The position numbers were made by a program, and so were the translations under genes. Shown piece after piece: positions 29,401 to 36,357 of a stretch of 64,000 nt of DNA (the first letter of the stretch is position 1; each line of letters starts with the position of its first letter). The DNA comes from Pseudochelatococcus sp. GTDB lineage: Bacteria > Pseudomonadota > Alphaproteobacteria > Rhizobiales > Beijerinckiaceae. Location: positions 71,443 to 135,442 of the forward strand of contig NZ_JBMNUS010000013.1 in assembly GCF_050946405.1 (NCBI RefSeq), given 5' to 3'. The notes beneath the pieces are model-generated. The model was not told the DNA's origin, ran no database searches, and saw only the letters and a list, made by a program, of their open reading frames with translations.

Positions 29401-32400
29401 GGCGGGCGGGGCACCGATGTCAACGTGCTGTTCAACCTCGACCGCGGTTTCCGGCTCGATTTCGAGGGATTGGGGCTGACGTGGATATCGCCTCCGGTCA
29501 GCCGGCCGAAAAAGGACCTGTTCCTCAACGTGCTGGAGCTGAACGGCGAAGCGCTGCTCGATCTCGATCATGACGGTGCGCTGGGCGATTCCGCCACGGC
29601 GGAGCGCTGGCTCGATTCCTTCCTGTCGCTGCTCGCCGAGGGGCTGCGCGCGCCCGCGACGCCGATCGCGCGCCTGCCGCTCTCCGCCGCTGACCGGGCG
29701 GCACAGGCGGATGATGTGCGCACGCGCGACGGCTTCGGCGCGCCGGCCGCCATCGGCACGGTCGCGCCGGTGGAGGCGCGCGACGATGCGGGGCTTTGGG
29801 CCGACACGGGGCGGCTCGGCCGGCTGCGGGCGGATGGCGGCGTCGAGGTGCTGGGCGAGGCGCGGCGTTTCCTGCGCACGCGCGGCGGCTGGCTCGATCT
29901 CGACCTTCCGGCGCGGGTGCTGCGGGAACACCCGGCGCTGGCCGATGCCGCCGTGATCGCGGAATCCGGCGGGCTGACCGCCTTCGTGACGCCGCGCGCG
30001 GGCGGGCAGGTCGACGGGCAGGCGCTCGCCGCCTATGCGGCGCTGCGGCTGCCGCCCGAGGCGCGGCCGGCCGCCTTCGTCGTGACGGATATCGCGCGCG
30101 ATGCCGGGGGGCGCGCCCTCCTGCGCGCCGATCACGGCGAGCGTCTCGCCACGCGCGCCCTCACGCCCGCCCGCACCGATGCGGAGAAGGCGGTCGCGGC
30201 GATCTGGGCCGAGGTTCTCGGGCTGGAGGAAGTCGGCGTCCTCGACAGCTTCTTCGACCTCGGCGGTCACAGCCTCAAGGCGCTCGCCATCCTCGCGCGC
30301 GTCGAGGCGCGGCTCGGGCGCACCGTGCGGCTGCGCGCCTTCTTCGAGGAGCCGACCGTGGCGGGGCTCGCGTCACGTCTGGGCGCGGGCGAGGCGCATG
30401 CCGTCATTCCGACCGCGGCACCGGCGGCGCATTATCCGGCGTCGAACGCGCAGGCGCGGCTGTGGATGCTCGACCGGATCGATCCCGGCCTTGCCGCCTA
30501 CAACATCGGCTTTTCGCTGCGCAGCGCCGCGCCTCTCGACGAAACCGCGCTGCGGATCGCGCTGGCGGGCCTCGCCGGGCGGCACGAGAGCCTGCGCACG
30601 GCGCTCATCGACCATGACGGCCTGCCGCGCCAGACGATCCTGCCCGCGTTGCAGCCCGAGCTGCGCATCGAGGATGCGGTGGGCGCGGACGCGGCGGCGC
30701 TCGTCGCGCGGGAGCGGGCCATCGCCGCCGAGCCCTTCGCGCTGGAGCGCGCGCCGCTCTGGCGGGCGGTGCTGCTGCGCGGGGGGCAAGGGGATATCGA
30801 GCCGGCGGGCGACCGTCTGGTGTTCGTGCTGCATCATGCCATTGCCGATGTGTGGTCGGTCGGCGTTTTCGTGCGGGATTTTCTGGCGTTGTACGCAGAG
30901 GCCGGCGGCGCACGGCTGCCGGCGCTGGCGCTGCAATACCGGGATTATGCGGTCTGGCAGGTGGGGCGGCCGGAGCCGCATCTTGACTGGTGGGTCGCGG
31001 CGCTGGCGGATGCGCCCCGGCTGGAGCTGCGGCCCGACCGGCCGCGCCCGCCGCTCAAGACCTTCAACGGCGATCATGTCGTTCTCGATGTGCCGGGGCC
31101 GGTCGCGGCGGCCCTCAAGGCGCTTGCCGCCGTCAACGGCGCGAGCGCGTTCACGGCGGTGGTCGCGGCGCTCTGCAACCTGCTGTGGGAAGAGACGGAG
31201 GCGCGCGACATCGTCATCGGCACGGTGACGGCGGGGCGCGACCATCCGGCGCTCGCGGACCAGATCGGTTTCTTCGTCAACACGCTGGCGCTGCGCGCGC
31301 GGGTGGCGCCGGAGGCGGGCTTCCTGCCGCTGCTCGCGGGCGTGCGCGATGCGCTGCTGGCGGCGGCCGAACATGGCGATACGCCGCTCGACCGGGTGGT
31401 CGAGGCGTTGAACCGCCCGCGCGATCCGGCGCGCAATCCGCTGTTCGAGGTCGTCGTGGTCATGGACGACCGCGAGGAGATCGACCGGCTGCTCGCCGGC
31501 ACCGGCTTCGCGCTCGCGGAAATCGACACGGCGACGGCGCAGTTCGACCTCACGCTTTATGTCACCGACGGCGCGGACGGCATCCGCATCAAGGCGACCT
31601 ACAATACCGACCTGTTCGACCGCGCCCGCATCGAGGGACTGATGGCGCGGCTGGCGGGGCTGATGGCGGGGGCGGCCGCCGATCCGGCGCGCGCGCTCGC
31701 CGCGCGGGCGCAGGGGGGCAGGGCGGCGCATGGTTCCGCGCCTGGCCAACGGCAAGGCTACGCGCCGTCGCGCCATCAGGAGCGGCTGTGGTTCGTGGAT
31801 CACTTCGAGCGCGGCGTGCTCTATCCGTCCGGGCCGACCTATTACAACATGCCGTTCGTGGTGCGCGTCGACGGCGCGGTCGATGCCGCGCGGCTCGCGG
31901 CTGCCGCTGCGGCGCTTGCGGCGCGGCATGAGGCGCTGCGCGCGGCGCTCGTCACGCAGGGCGACCGTCCGGCCGTCGAGGTCGCGGCGGCTGCGGCGCT
32001 GCCGGTTGCGGAGATTGCGGCGCCGGCGGGGGCGGGGCTTGCCGCAGTCGAGGAGGCGAGCCGCGCGGCCTTCGACCTCGATACGCCGCCGCTCGCCCGT
32101 CTGACGCTCTGCCGCGAGGCGGGGAGCGGCGCCTGCTGGCTCGCCCTGACGGTTCATCACGCCATGGGCGACCGGGCGGCGCTGCGCACGCTGGCGGAGG
32201 AACTCGCCCGCCTTTATGCCGACCCGGCCGCCGCCCTGCCGGAAATCCGCCCCTTCGGCGCGGCCCATGCGCTGCCGGAGCGGGCGGTGGAGGCCGGCCA
32301 TGAGGCGGATGCCGCCTATTGGCGCGAGGCGCTGGCGGGCGTTTCCGCGCTCGTGCTGCCGACGGACCGGCCCCGCCCCGCGATCCACACCTTCACGGCG

Positions 32401-35400
32401 GGCCGCGTCGCGGGGCGGCTCGACGCGGCGCTGCGCGGGCGGATCGACGCGCTGGCGGCGGCGCTCGGCGTGAGCCGGGCGGATGTGCTGCGCGCCGGTT
32501 ATCAGGCGTTGCTGCATCGTCTTTCCGGCCAGCGGGATGTCGTCATCGGCGAGACCGTGCAGCCGCCGCAACCGGCGCGGACGGTCGGGCCGCTCGCCAA
32601 TCTCCTGCCCTTGCGGCTCGACGTGGAGGCCGGCGAGGGCTTTGCCGCGCTGGTGCGGCGCGCGGCGGCGCGGCGGCAGGCGGATGCGGCGCATGGCGCG
32701 ATCCCCTTCGATCTGCTGGTGCTGGCGGTGAAGCCGCGCAACGACATGAGCCGCACGGCGCTGTTCGATGTGCTGTTCCACCATGAGAATGCGACCGCCG
32801 CCCTGCCGGCCGGGTGGGCGGCGGTCGACACCGGGCTCGGCTGGGGCAAGTACGATTTCGTGCTGTCCGTGGTGCCGGATGGCGACGGGCTGGCGGTGAG
32901 CCTCGTCTACAACCGCGACCTTTTCGACGCCGCCAGCGCGCAGGCCGTCCACGCGCGCTACGGGCAACTGCTGGCGGCGGCGCTGGCGCAGCCGGAGCGG
33001 CCGCTGTCTGCGCTCGACATCATGCTGCCGGGAGAGCGCGCGGCGCTGCTGGCCGAAGCCGGCGAGGTGGCCGATTACCCGCGCGGCCTCACGCTCACGG
33101 CGCGTTTCGAGGAGATGGCGGCGCGCCACGGGGCGCGCATCGCCGTCACCGACACCGACGGGGAACTGACCTATGCGGCGCTCGACGCGCGCGCCAACCG
33201 GCTGGCGCATCGCCTGCGCGCGCTCGGCGCGGGACCGGAGGCGCTGGTCGGGCTGTTCGTGGGGCGCACCTGGCGCATTCCCGCTGGCATTCTCGGCATT
33301 CTCAAGGCGGGCGCGGGCTATGTGCCGATCGATCCCGCCTATCCCGACGAGCGCATCCGCTTCATGGTGGCGGATTCGGGCATGCGGCTCATCGTCACCG
33401 ACGCTGAAAACGCGGCGGCGGCGCACCGCCTCGGCATTGCTACGGTGGTGATCGATGATCTGGCGGAGGACCTGCCCGTCGCGGCGACACCCGAAAATGC
33501 CGCGCCCGAAAATGCTGCGCCCGAGAACGTCGCTTACGTCATCTACACGTCCGGTTCCACCGGCATGCCCAAGGGCTGCGTCATCGAGCACCGCAACGTC
33601 ATCCAGCTCTTCTTCCACGAGGGGCGGCCGTTCGCCTTCGGGCCGGATGACGTGTGGAGCCTGTTCCACTCCGCCTGTTTCGACTTCTCGACGTGGGAGA
33701 TCTACGGCGCGCTGCTCTTCGGCGGCCGGCTCGTCGTCGTGCCGCAGGCGCTGACGCGTGAGCCCGCCGCCTTTCTGGAACTCGTCGCCCGCGAGGGGGT
33801 GACGGTGCTGAGCCAGACGCCGACCGCCTTTTACGGGCTGATCGAGGCGGCCCGGCAGCGCCCCGGCCTGCATCTTGCGCTGCGCGAGATCGTCTTCGGC
33901 GGGGAAGCGCTGGCGCCGGCCCGGCTTGCCCCGTGGCGGGCGCTCCACCCGGCCGCGCGCCTCGTCAACATGTACGGCATCACCGAAACGACGGTGCATG
34001 TGACGTTCAGGGAGATCGGCGACGCCGAGATCGCGGAGGGCCGCAGCGTCATCGGCCGGCCGCTGCCGTCCTGCGGCGTGTTGCTCGTCGGCCCCGATCT
34101 CGCGCCCTGCCCGCGGGGCGTGGCCGGCGAGATCGTGGTCGCGGGCCACGGCGTCGCCCGCCGCTACCTGAACCGGCCGGAACTCACGGCGGAGCGCTTC
34201 ATCGCGCACCCGGACCTGCCCGGCGGGCGCGTCTACCGCTCCGGCGATCTCGGCCGGATCGGGCTTGACGGCGAGCTGGTCTATCTCGGCCGCATGGACG
34301 ATCAGGTCAAGATACGCGGCTTTCGCATCGAGCCTGGCGAGATCGAGCGCCGGCTGGTCGCGCATCCCGCGATCCGCGATGCGGCCGTTCTCGCCGAGGG
34401 CGGCGAGGGCGGCGAGGGCGCGGCGGGCGAGAGCCTCTGCGCCTGTGTCGTCACCGATGCGCCGCCCGGCCGCGAGGAGCTGTTTCACTATCTGGCGGAC
34501 AAGCTGCCCGACTACATGATTCCGTCGCGCTTCCTGCGCGTGGCGCGCATCCCGCTCACGGCCAACGGCAAGGCGGACCGCCGGCGGCTCGCGGCGGAGG
34601 GCGGCGAGGCGATCGGCGCGGGGGGCGGCGCGGAGGAAGGCCGGGCGCCGCGAACGCCACTGCAAAAGGCGGTGGCGCGCATCTGGTGCGAGGTGCTGGG
34701 CGTGCCGCAGGTGGGGCTCGACGACAATTTCTTCGCGCTCGGCGGCCATAGCCTCAAGGCCAATCAGGTCGTGGTGCGCATCCGCCAGCGCCTCGGCGGC
34801 AGTCTCGACCTGCGCGATTTCTTCAGCGCGCAGACGCTCGCCGTGCTGGTCGAGCTGATCGAGCGGCGCGGGCTCGGCGCGGCGGGCACTATTGCCCCGG
34901 CGCCGTCCGCGCCCGACTATCCGCTCTCCTTCGCGCAGCGCCGGCTGTGGCTGGTGCAGAACATGAACCCCGATAGGGTGGCCTACAACATGGCCGGCGC
35001 CTTCGTCGTGGAGGGGGCCGTCGACCGGGAGCGGCTGGCGGCGGCGTTCCGGGCGCTGGCGGTGCGCCACGAGATCCTGCGCACGCGCTTCGTCTCGCGC
35101 CACGGCGAGCCCCGGCAGGTGGTGGATGCCGGCATCGACGGGCATATGGCGGTGTTCGAGGCCGGCCATGACGCGGGAAGCGGCGGGATGGCGGCCGTGG
35201 AGCGGCTGCTCGCGGCGGAGCTTCGCCATGTCTTCGATCTCGCGCGCGGGCCGCTGGCGCGGGTGCATCTGGCGGAGCTGCCCGTCAAAGGGCACGGCGG
35301 CTGCGCCATCATCATCAACCTGCATCATATCGTCTCCGACGGCTGGTCGGTGACGGTCATGCTGCGCGAGCTGGAGGCGCTCTACCGCGCGGCGCTGGCT

Positions 35401-36354
35401 GCGCCGCAGGCGACGCCGGCGGAGATCGCGGCGCGGGCCGGGCTGCCGGCGCTGCCGGTCCAGTACCGGGACTATGCCTTGTGGCAGCACGGCGAGGCGG
35501 CGGGCGAAGGGTTGCGGGCGGCCCGCTCCTACTGGCTCGCCCGCTTCGAGGACGAGGCGCCGGCGCTGGAACTGCCGGCCGACCGGCCGCGTCCGCATAC
35601 GCCCGGCGGGGCCGGCGCCATCGTGCATGCCGTGCTCGACGAGGAACTGACGCAGGCGCTGAGGGACCTCGCGCGCCGCCACGACATGAGCCTGTTCGGC
35701 GTGCTCGCCGCGCTCGTGCGGGTGCAGCTCGCGCTCCTGTCGGGGCAGGACGACATCACCATCGGCACGCCGGTCGCCGGCCGCAACCTGCTGGAGCTGG
35801 AGGGGCAGATCGGCTTCTACCTCAACCTGCTGGCGCTGCGCGGCCGCATCGGGCCGCAGGATGCCTTCGGCGATGTCCTGAAGGCGGAGCGCACCCTGGT
35901 GCTCGACGCCTTCGCCCATGAAGCCTGTCCGTTCGACCTCCTGGTCGGGGAGCTGGGCGTCACGCCGGAGCGCGGCCGCCATCCGCTTTTCGACGTGCTG
36001 ATCATTCTCCAGAACAACGAGCCCGTGCGCCTCGACCTTGCCGGGAGCCGGGGCGCGCCGCTGCGCGATACCAGCATCAGCGCCAAATACGATCTCAACT
36101 ATATGTTCGAGGACCGGCCGGCGCTCGAACTGCTGCTGGAATACGCGGCGGATCTTTTCGATGCGGACACGGCCCGCCGCATCGCCGGGGATTTCGTCGC
36201 CCTCGCGCGGGCGGTCGCCGCCGATCCCTCCATCGGCGTCGACAGCCTGCGGGATCGCATGCAGCGGGCCGTGCCGCCGCCGGATGCGCCAGCGGCGGAT
36301 GTGCTGGCGCATGACGCGGCGCATGGTGCGGCTTTTGCCGATGACGGGTGGTGA
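21712..36354 (+). CDS. Hybrid PKS/NRPS megasynthetase: FAAL-ACP-KS-AT-ACP-AMT-C-(A remnant)-PCP-C-C-A-PCP-C (about 4880 aa)
   Basis: Uninterrupted 14.7 kb ORF; motifs read directly: FSSGSTGAPKG (acyl-AMP ligase), GFTSL and LGLDSL carrier serines, DTACSS/HGTGT (KS), GHSAGE + HAFH (malonyl AT), GSA-aminotransferase-like PLP domain (YGKVVGGG), four condensation domains with HHxxxD(G) motifs, complete A domain (YTSGSTGMPKG...NGKADRR), FFxLGGHSL PCPs. ATG 21712 (MSATIRQ...) preferred over ORF-track start 21640. Confidence 0.9.
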   Translation: MSATIRQTFPSRSDQPFMCSFKAPSTLNDALVSNAGVSEIGVAGIGDPPRGVTFFGADRQLTHVSYAQLLDRSRRWLWHLTQGGVRPGDEVLIVTDDLPLFTTVFWACVLGGIVAVPVSTPTNDEGALKIARIRGVLRRPWIVSDARVHARLAAVADGIAPERTACAGERSIAVPGVVLDCPAAPVASVAASDVAFIQFSSGSTGAPKGVIVTHANLIANCTAILKGILANAPGENGEAARLLSWMPLTHDFGLIWFHILPTVFGLDHGLVPTKLFVRNPLVWMQAASDMKASVLGGPNFSYRHFLKHFDAGKPRDWDLSPVRVIANGAEPISCELAEEFTAALAPCGLDRGAMTAAYGLAEGTLVVSMAQPGAGLGRISVDRNRVNPGERVAPLDEGDDAAVSFADVGTPLDCVSLRVVDEAGLPCADDVVGRLQITGASVTAGYYNDDEATRAAFTADGWLDTGDLGFMRAGRLVVTGRRKDVIIVNGVNYYPQDIERVAGEAEGLDLNMVVAGAIPRGVLGEDREGVVLFVLFRREVERFLPLAREVRDRVLREIGIPVDRVIPVARIAKTTSGKVQRFQMVGQFVAGAFDEALRALDAADAAEGAALRRAWERGDEAALVAELAAWGARIVPGGALDPGRPLMESGFTSLRLVELMRRIGRALSLDLPVTLAFEQPTLAALAGALVRLRSADAAPAEAPRAAPAAERARIGITGLACRLPGGVESPAGFWRLLEGGVDATAPVAPGRWPAYDASLTVTDRGGYLADIETFPARFFNLTQVEADAVDPQQRLLLMTAWEALEHAGIDPLSLKGSRTGVFVGISPGDYVQAQARAGRLDAIGPHAFLGSATSVAAGRIAYVLGLEGPALAVDTACSSALAALHLAVRALRAGECDRALVAGVNLILGPEMHVGLSRMNALSPAGRCRAFDAAADGYARGEGCVTLVLERLDAGDAPRPLALVRGTGLNHDGASNGLTAPNGAAQRAVIAAALADAGLAPADVDYVEAHGTGTPLGDPIEAMALAEAYGAGRDGELRVGSVKTNIGHLEAAAGLAGLAKAVLALRHGSLPASLHFETPNPLIPWPQLPLRVVDRAEPWPAVAGRVRRAGVSAFGMSGTNAHVIIEEAPPAPVPAHDDARATVLPVSARTPEECAALAERYAAALERADSGRMHDLARTAACGRAAMAHRLAVTGRDPAELAAKLRAKAAAGAGRPDAGAPVVFLLPGQGAHAPEAVRALHARERVFRETLDAADAALEGFLDRRLTDLLLSPEGAPLLGRTAYNQPATVAVSLAVAAMLRAFGVRPDAVIGHSAGEIAAAALAGMLDLPTAVRFAAARGAAMQALDGGAMIAVRAPAQTINDVIAQTLARVEGVGVAAWNAPARVTLSGPREAVARAAAVLREAGARVAELRVAELDVSHAFHSPMMDGALAPIRELAAGLTVSAATGRMISTLTGGPVDAGALRDPAYWARQAREPVAFAAAVSAVGGDAPDRVDPVLIDLGARPVLAPLAAEVLPQARCLAVCDARRPDERLIETLGELFEAGRPVAWPAVFAERPGRLAEAPTYPFIGKTRVLPTAGADSRAGEAQAAGRAEALPVPAATAPVAGREAVAHVIRSVLRGVAGLQPEEVAGDATWFSLGLDSLLIVQLQQALAREYAIDLPLAAVMENGDTLDRLVTLVVERLPRVAQAPVEAPVMETPAAAAAGGEGVEGLLARQIDAMSALFSQQLALLQGGVRPAVSTPAAIPDVAVAGPAPAAPKREIKGLFKALPARREQANPAQEAHVRRLAAAFNARTRSSKEHTAAYRGVYANPRAVIGFRPEWKELNYPLHVERAEGPYVWDIDGHRYVDITMGFGVTLFGHNPPFVREALAAELAAGFPVGPQSARAGRVAAMISAMTGVERVALFTTGSEAVMVALRLARAKTGRRKIVTFVNSYHGTFDGVLAVGWTEGARVTTMPVSEGTPQGMVDDVIVLRYGDPAALDVIRQHLAELAAVVVEPVQSRDPAVQPRAFLHELRALTAQAGVALVFDETITGFRVHPGGAQRHFGIEADIVTYGKVVGGGMPIGVVSGRRHYLDGVDGGDWQYGDDSVPSARTAFVAGTFNNHPLTAAAAEAVLKHLAAEGPQLQERLNARTAAMCAELDALFAAEDVPVRMAHFSSLFRFEFAGDTEILNYHLLNNGVFVWEGRNCFLSTAHSDDDIRFIVEAVRKGIAEMRAGGWLPPSPGRAAPEARQEHGAREEAGPAPLGRGQGEMLALLEARPEATLAYNEMVAFALDGPLDREALRRAFAGLVRRHEALRCAGIDETGWRAAALPPADLPAEEPAEEGAVMARLARELETPFDLQRGPLMRALLLRLAPQRHVVAFTVHHIVADGWSLGLMAGELAALYAAERAGVAAALPPAESFRAFVAWTQGLDGGASPMAEDSAPVVLPAADFPHRASFRGGRVHRRLSAGGREGEGVFDAARRFARAHDTSPFTVLLAAYALLLGRLSDQRRLTIGIPVAGHTEAGLPVMVGQASAVLPLTLELDPQADFAALVAHVKAALADARHGVGGLFTAQGGRGTDVNVLFNLDRGFRLDFEGLGLTWISPPVSRPKKDLFLNVLELNGEALLDLDHDGALGDSATAERWLDSFLSLLAEGLRAPATPIARLPLSAADRAAQADDVRTRDGFGAPAAIGTVAPVEARDDAGLWADTGRLGRLRADGGVEVLGEARRFLRTRGGWLDLDLPARVLREHPALADAAVIAESGGLTAFVTPRAGGQVDGQALAAYAALRLPPEARPAAFVVTDIARDAGGRALLRADHGERLATRALTPARTDAEKAVAAIWAEVLGLEEVGVLDSFFDLGGHSLKALAILARVEARLGRTVRLRAFFEEPTVAGLASRLGAGEAHAVIPTAAPAAHYPASNAQARLWMLDRIDPGLAAYNIGFSLRSAAPLDETALRIALAGLAGRHESLRTALIDHDGLPRQTILPALQPELRIEDAVGADAAALVARERAIAAEPFALERAPLWRAVLLRGGQGDIEPAGDRLVFVLHHAIADVWSVGVFVRDFLALYAEAGGARLPALALQYRDYAVWQVGRPEPHLDWWVAALADAPRLELRPDRPRPPLKTFNGDHVVLDVPGPVAAALKALAAVNGASAFTAVVAALCNLLWEETEARDIVIGTVTAGRDHPALADQIGFFVNTLALRARVAPEAGFLPLLAGVRDALLAAAEHGDTPLDRVVEALNRPRDPARNPLFEVVVVMDDREEIDRLLAGTGFALAEIDTATAQFDLTLYVTDGADGIRIKATYNTDLFDRARIEGLMARLAGLMAGAAADPARALAARAQGGRAAHGSAPGQRQGYAPSRHQERLWFVDHFERGVLYPSGPTYYNMPFVVRVDGAVDAARLAAAAAALAARHEALRAALVTQGDRPAVEVAAAAALPVAEIAAPAGAGLAAVEEASRAAFDLDTPPLARLTLCREAGSGACWLALTVHHAMGDRAALRTLAEELARLYADPAAALPEIRPFGAAHALPERAVEAGHEADAAYWREALAGVSALVLPTDRPRPAIHTFTAGRVAGRLDAALRGRIDALAAALGVSRADVLRAGYQALLHRLSGQRDVVIGETVQPPQPARTVGPLANLLPLRLDVEAGEGFAALVRRAAARRQADAAHGAIPFDLLVLAVKPRNDMSRTALFDVLFHHENATAALPAGWAAVDTGLGWGKYDFVLSVVPDGDGLAVSLVYNRDLFDAASAQAVHARYGQLLAAALAQPERPLSALDIMLPGERAALLAEAGEVADYPRGLTLTARFEEMAARHGARIAVTDTDGELTYAALDARANRLAHRLRALGAGPEALVGLFVGRTWRIPAGILGILKAGAGYVPIDPAYPDERIRFMVADSGMRLIVTDAENAAAAHRLGIATVVIDDLAEDLPVAATPENAAPENAAPENVAYVIYTSGSTGMPKGCVIEHRNVIQLFFHEGRPFAFGPDDVWSLFHSACFDFSTWEIYGALLFGGRLVVVPQALTREPAAFLELVAREGVTVLSQTPTAFYGLIEAARQRPGLHLALREIVFGGEALAPARLAPWRALHPAARLVNMYGITETTVHVTFREIGDAEIAEGRSVIGRPLPSCGVLLVGPDLAPCPRGVAGEIVVAGHGVARRYLNRPELTAERFIAHPDLPGGRVYRSGDLGRIGLDGELVYLGRMDDQVKIRGFRIEPGEIERRLVAHPAIRDAAVLAEGGEGGEGAAGESLCACVVTDAPPGREELFHYLADKLPDYMIPSRFLRVARIPLTANGKADRRRLAAEGGEAIGAGGGAEEGRAPRTPLQKAVARIWCEVLGVPQVGLDDNFFALGGHSLKANQVVVRIRQRLGGSLDLRDFFSAQTLAVLVELIERRGLGAAGTIAPAPSAPDYPLSFAQRRLWLVQNMNPDRVAYNMAGAFVVEGAVDRERLAAAFRALAVRHEILRTRFVSRHGEPRQVVDAGIDGHMAVFEAGHDAGSGGMAAVERLLAAELRHVFDLARGPLARVHLAELPVKGHGGCAIIINLHHIVSDGWSVTVMLRELEALYRAALAAPQATPAEIAARAGLPALPVQYRDYALWQHGEAAGEGLRAARSYWLARFEDEAPALELPADRPRPHTPGGAGAIVHAVLDEELTQALRDLARRHDMSLFGVLAALVRVQLALLSGQDDITIGTPVAGRNLLELEGQIGFYLNLLALRGRIGPQDAFGDVLKAERTLVLDAFAHEACPFDLLVGELGVTPERGRHPLFDVLIILQNNEPVRLDLAGSRGAPLRDTSISAKYDLNYMFEDRPALELLLEYAADLFDADTARRIAGDFVALARAVAADPSIGVDSLRDRMQRAVPPPDAPAADVLAHDAAHGAAFADDGW
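23840..26380 (+). other. domains: ketosynthase (Cys at ~24340) + malonyl-specific acyltransferase (GHSAGE ~25650, HAFH ~25975); no KR/DH/ER
   Basis: DTACSSAL, EAHGTGTPLGDPIE, NIGHLEAAAG; GHSAGEIAAAALAG; VSHAFHSPMM. Confidence 0.85.
27000..28370 (+). other. domain: PLP-dependent aminotransferase (AMT; glutamate-1-semialdehyde aminomutase-like) embedded in PKS
   Basis: HemL-like motifs ...GFGVTLFGHNPPF..., DETITGFR, YGKVVGGGMP; positioned after ACP2 exactly as in mycosubtilin MycA. Confidence 0.8.
28460..30390 (+). other. module 1: C - degenerate A (only ~170 aa A8-A10-like C-terminal subdomain, 29641..30150) - PCP
   Basis: C domain HHIVADGWS ~28825; after C-A linker (LSAADRAAQ) the sequence jumps to an Asub-like stretch (TGRLGRLRADGGVEVLGEA...LPARVLREHPALADAAVI) with no A1-A7 core; PCP FFDLGGHSLKAL ~30255. 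Confidence 0.7.
30420..33010 (+). other. tandem condensation didomain C2 (HHAIADVWS ~30830) - C3 (HHAMGDR ~32155)
   Basis: Two full-length (~430 aa each) C-domain-like regions back to back, each starting with SxAQxRLW-type C1 motif and containing His-motif; no carrier or A domain between. Confidence 0.7.
33090..36351 (+). other. module 2 A-PCP (YTSGSTGMPKG ~33545; FDFSTWE pocket) and terminal C4 (HHIVSDGWS ~35325) that must pair in trans with next NRPS
   Basis: Complete A1-A10 motif set; PCP FFALGGHSLKANQ ~34730; ORF ends in C domain. Confidence 0.8.
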
Positions 36355-36357
36355 GCC

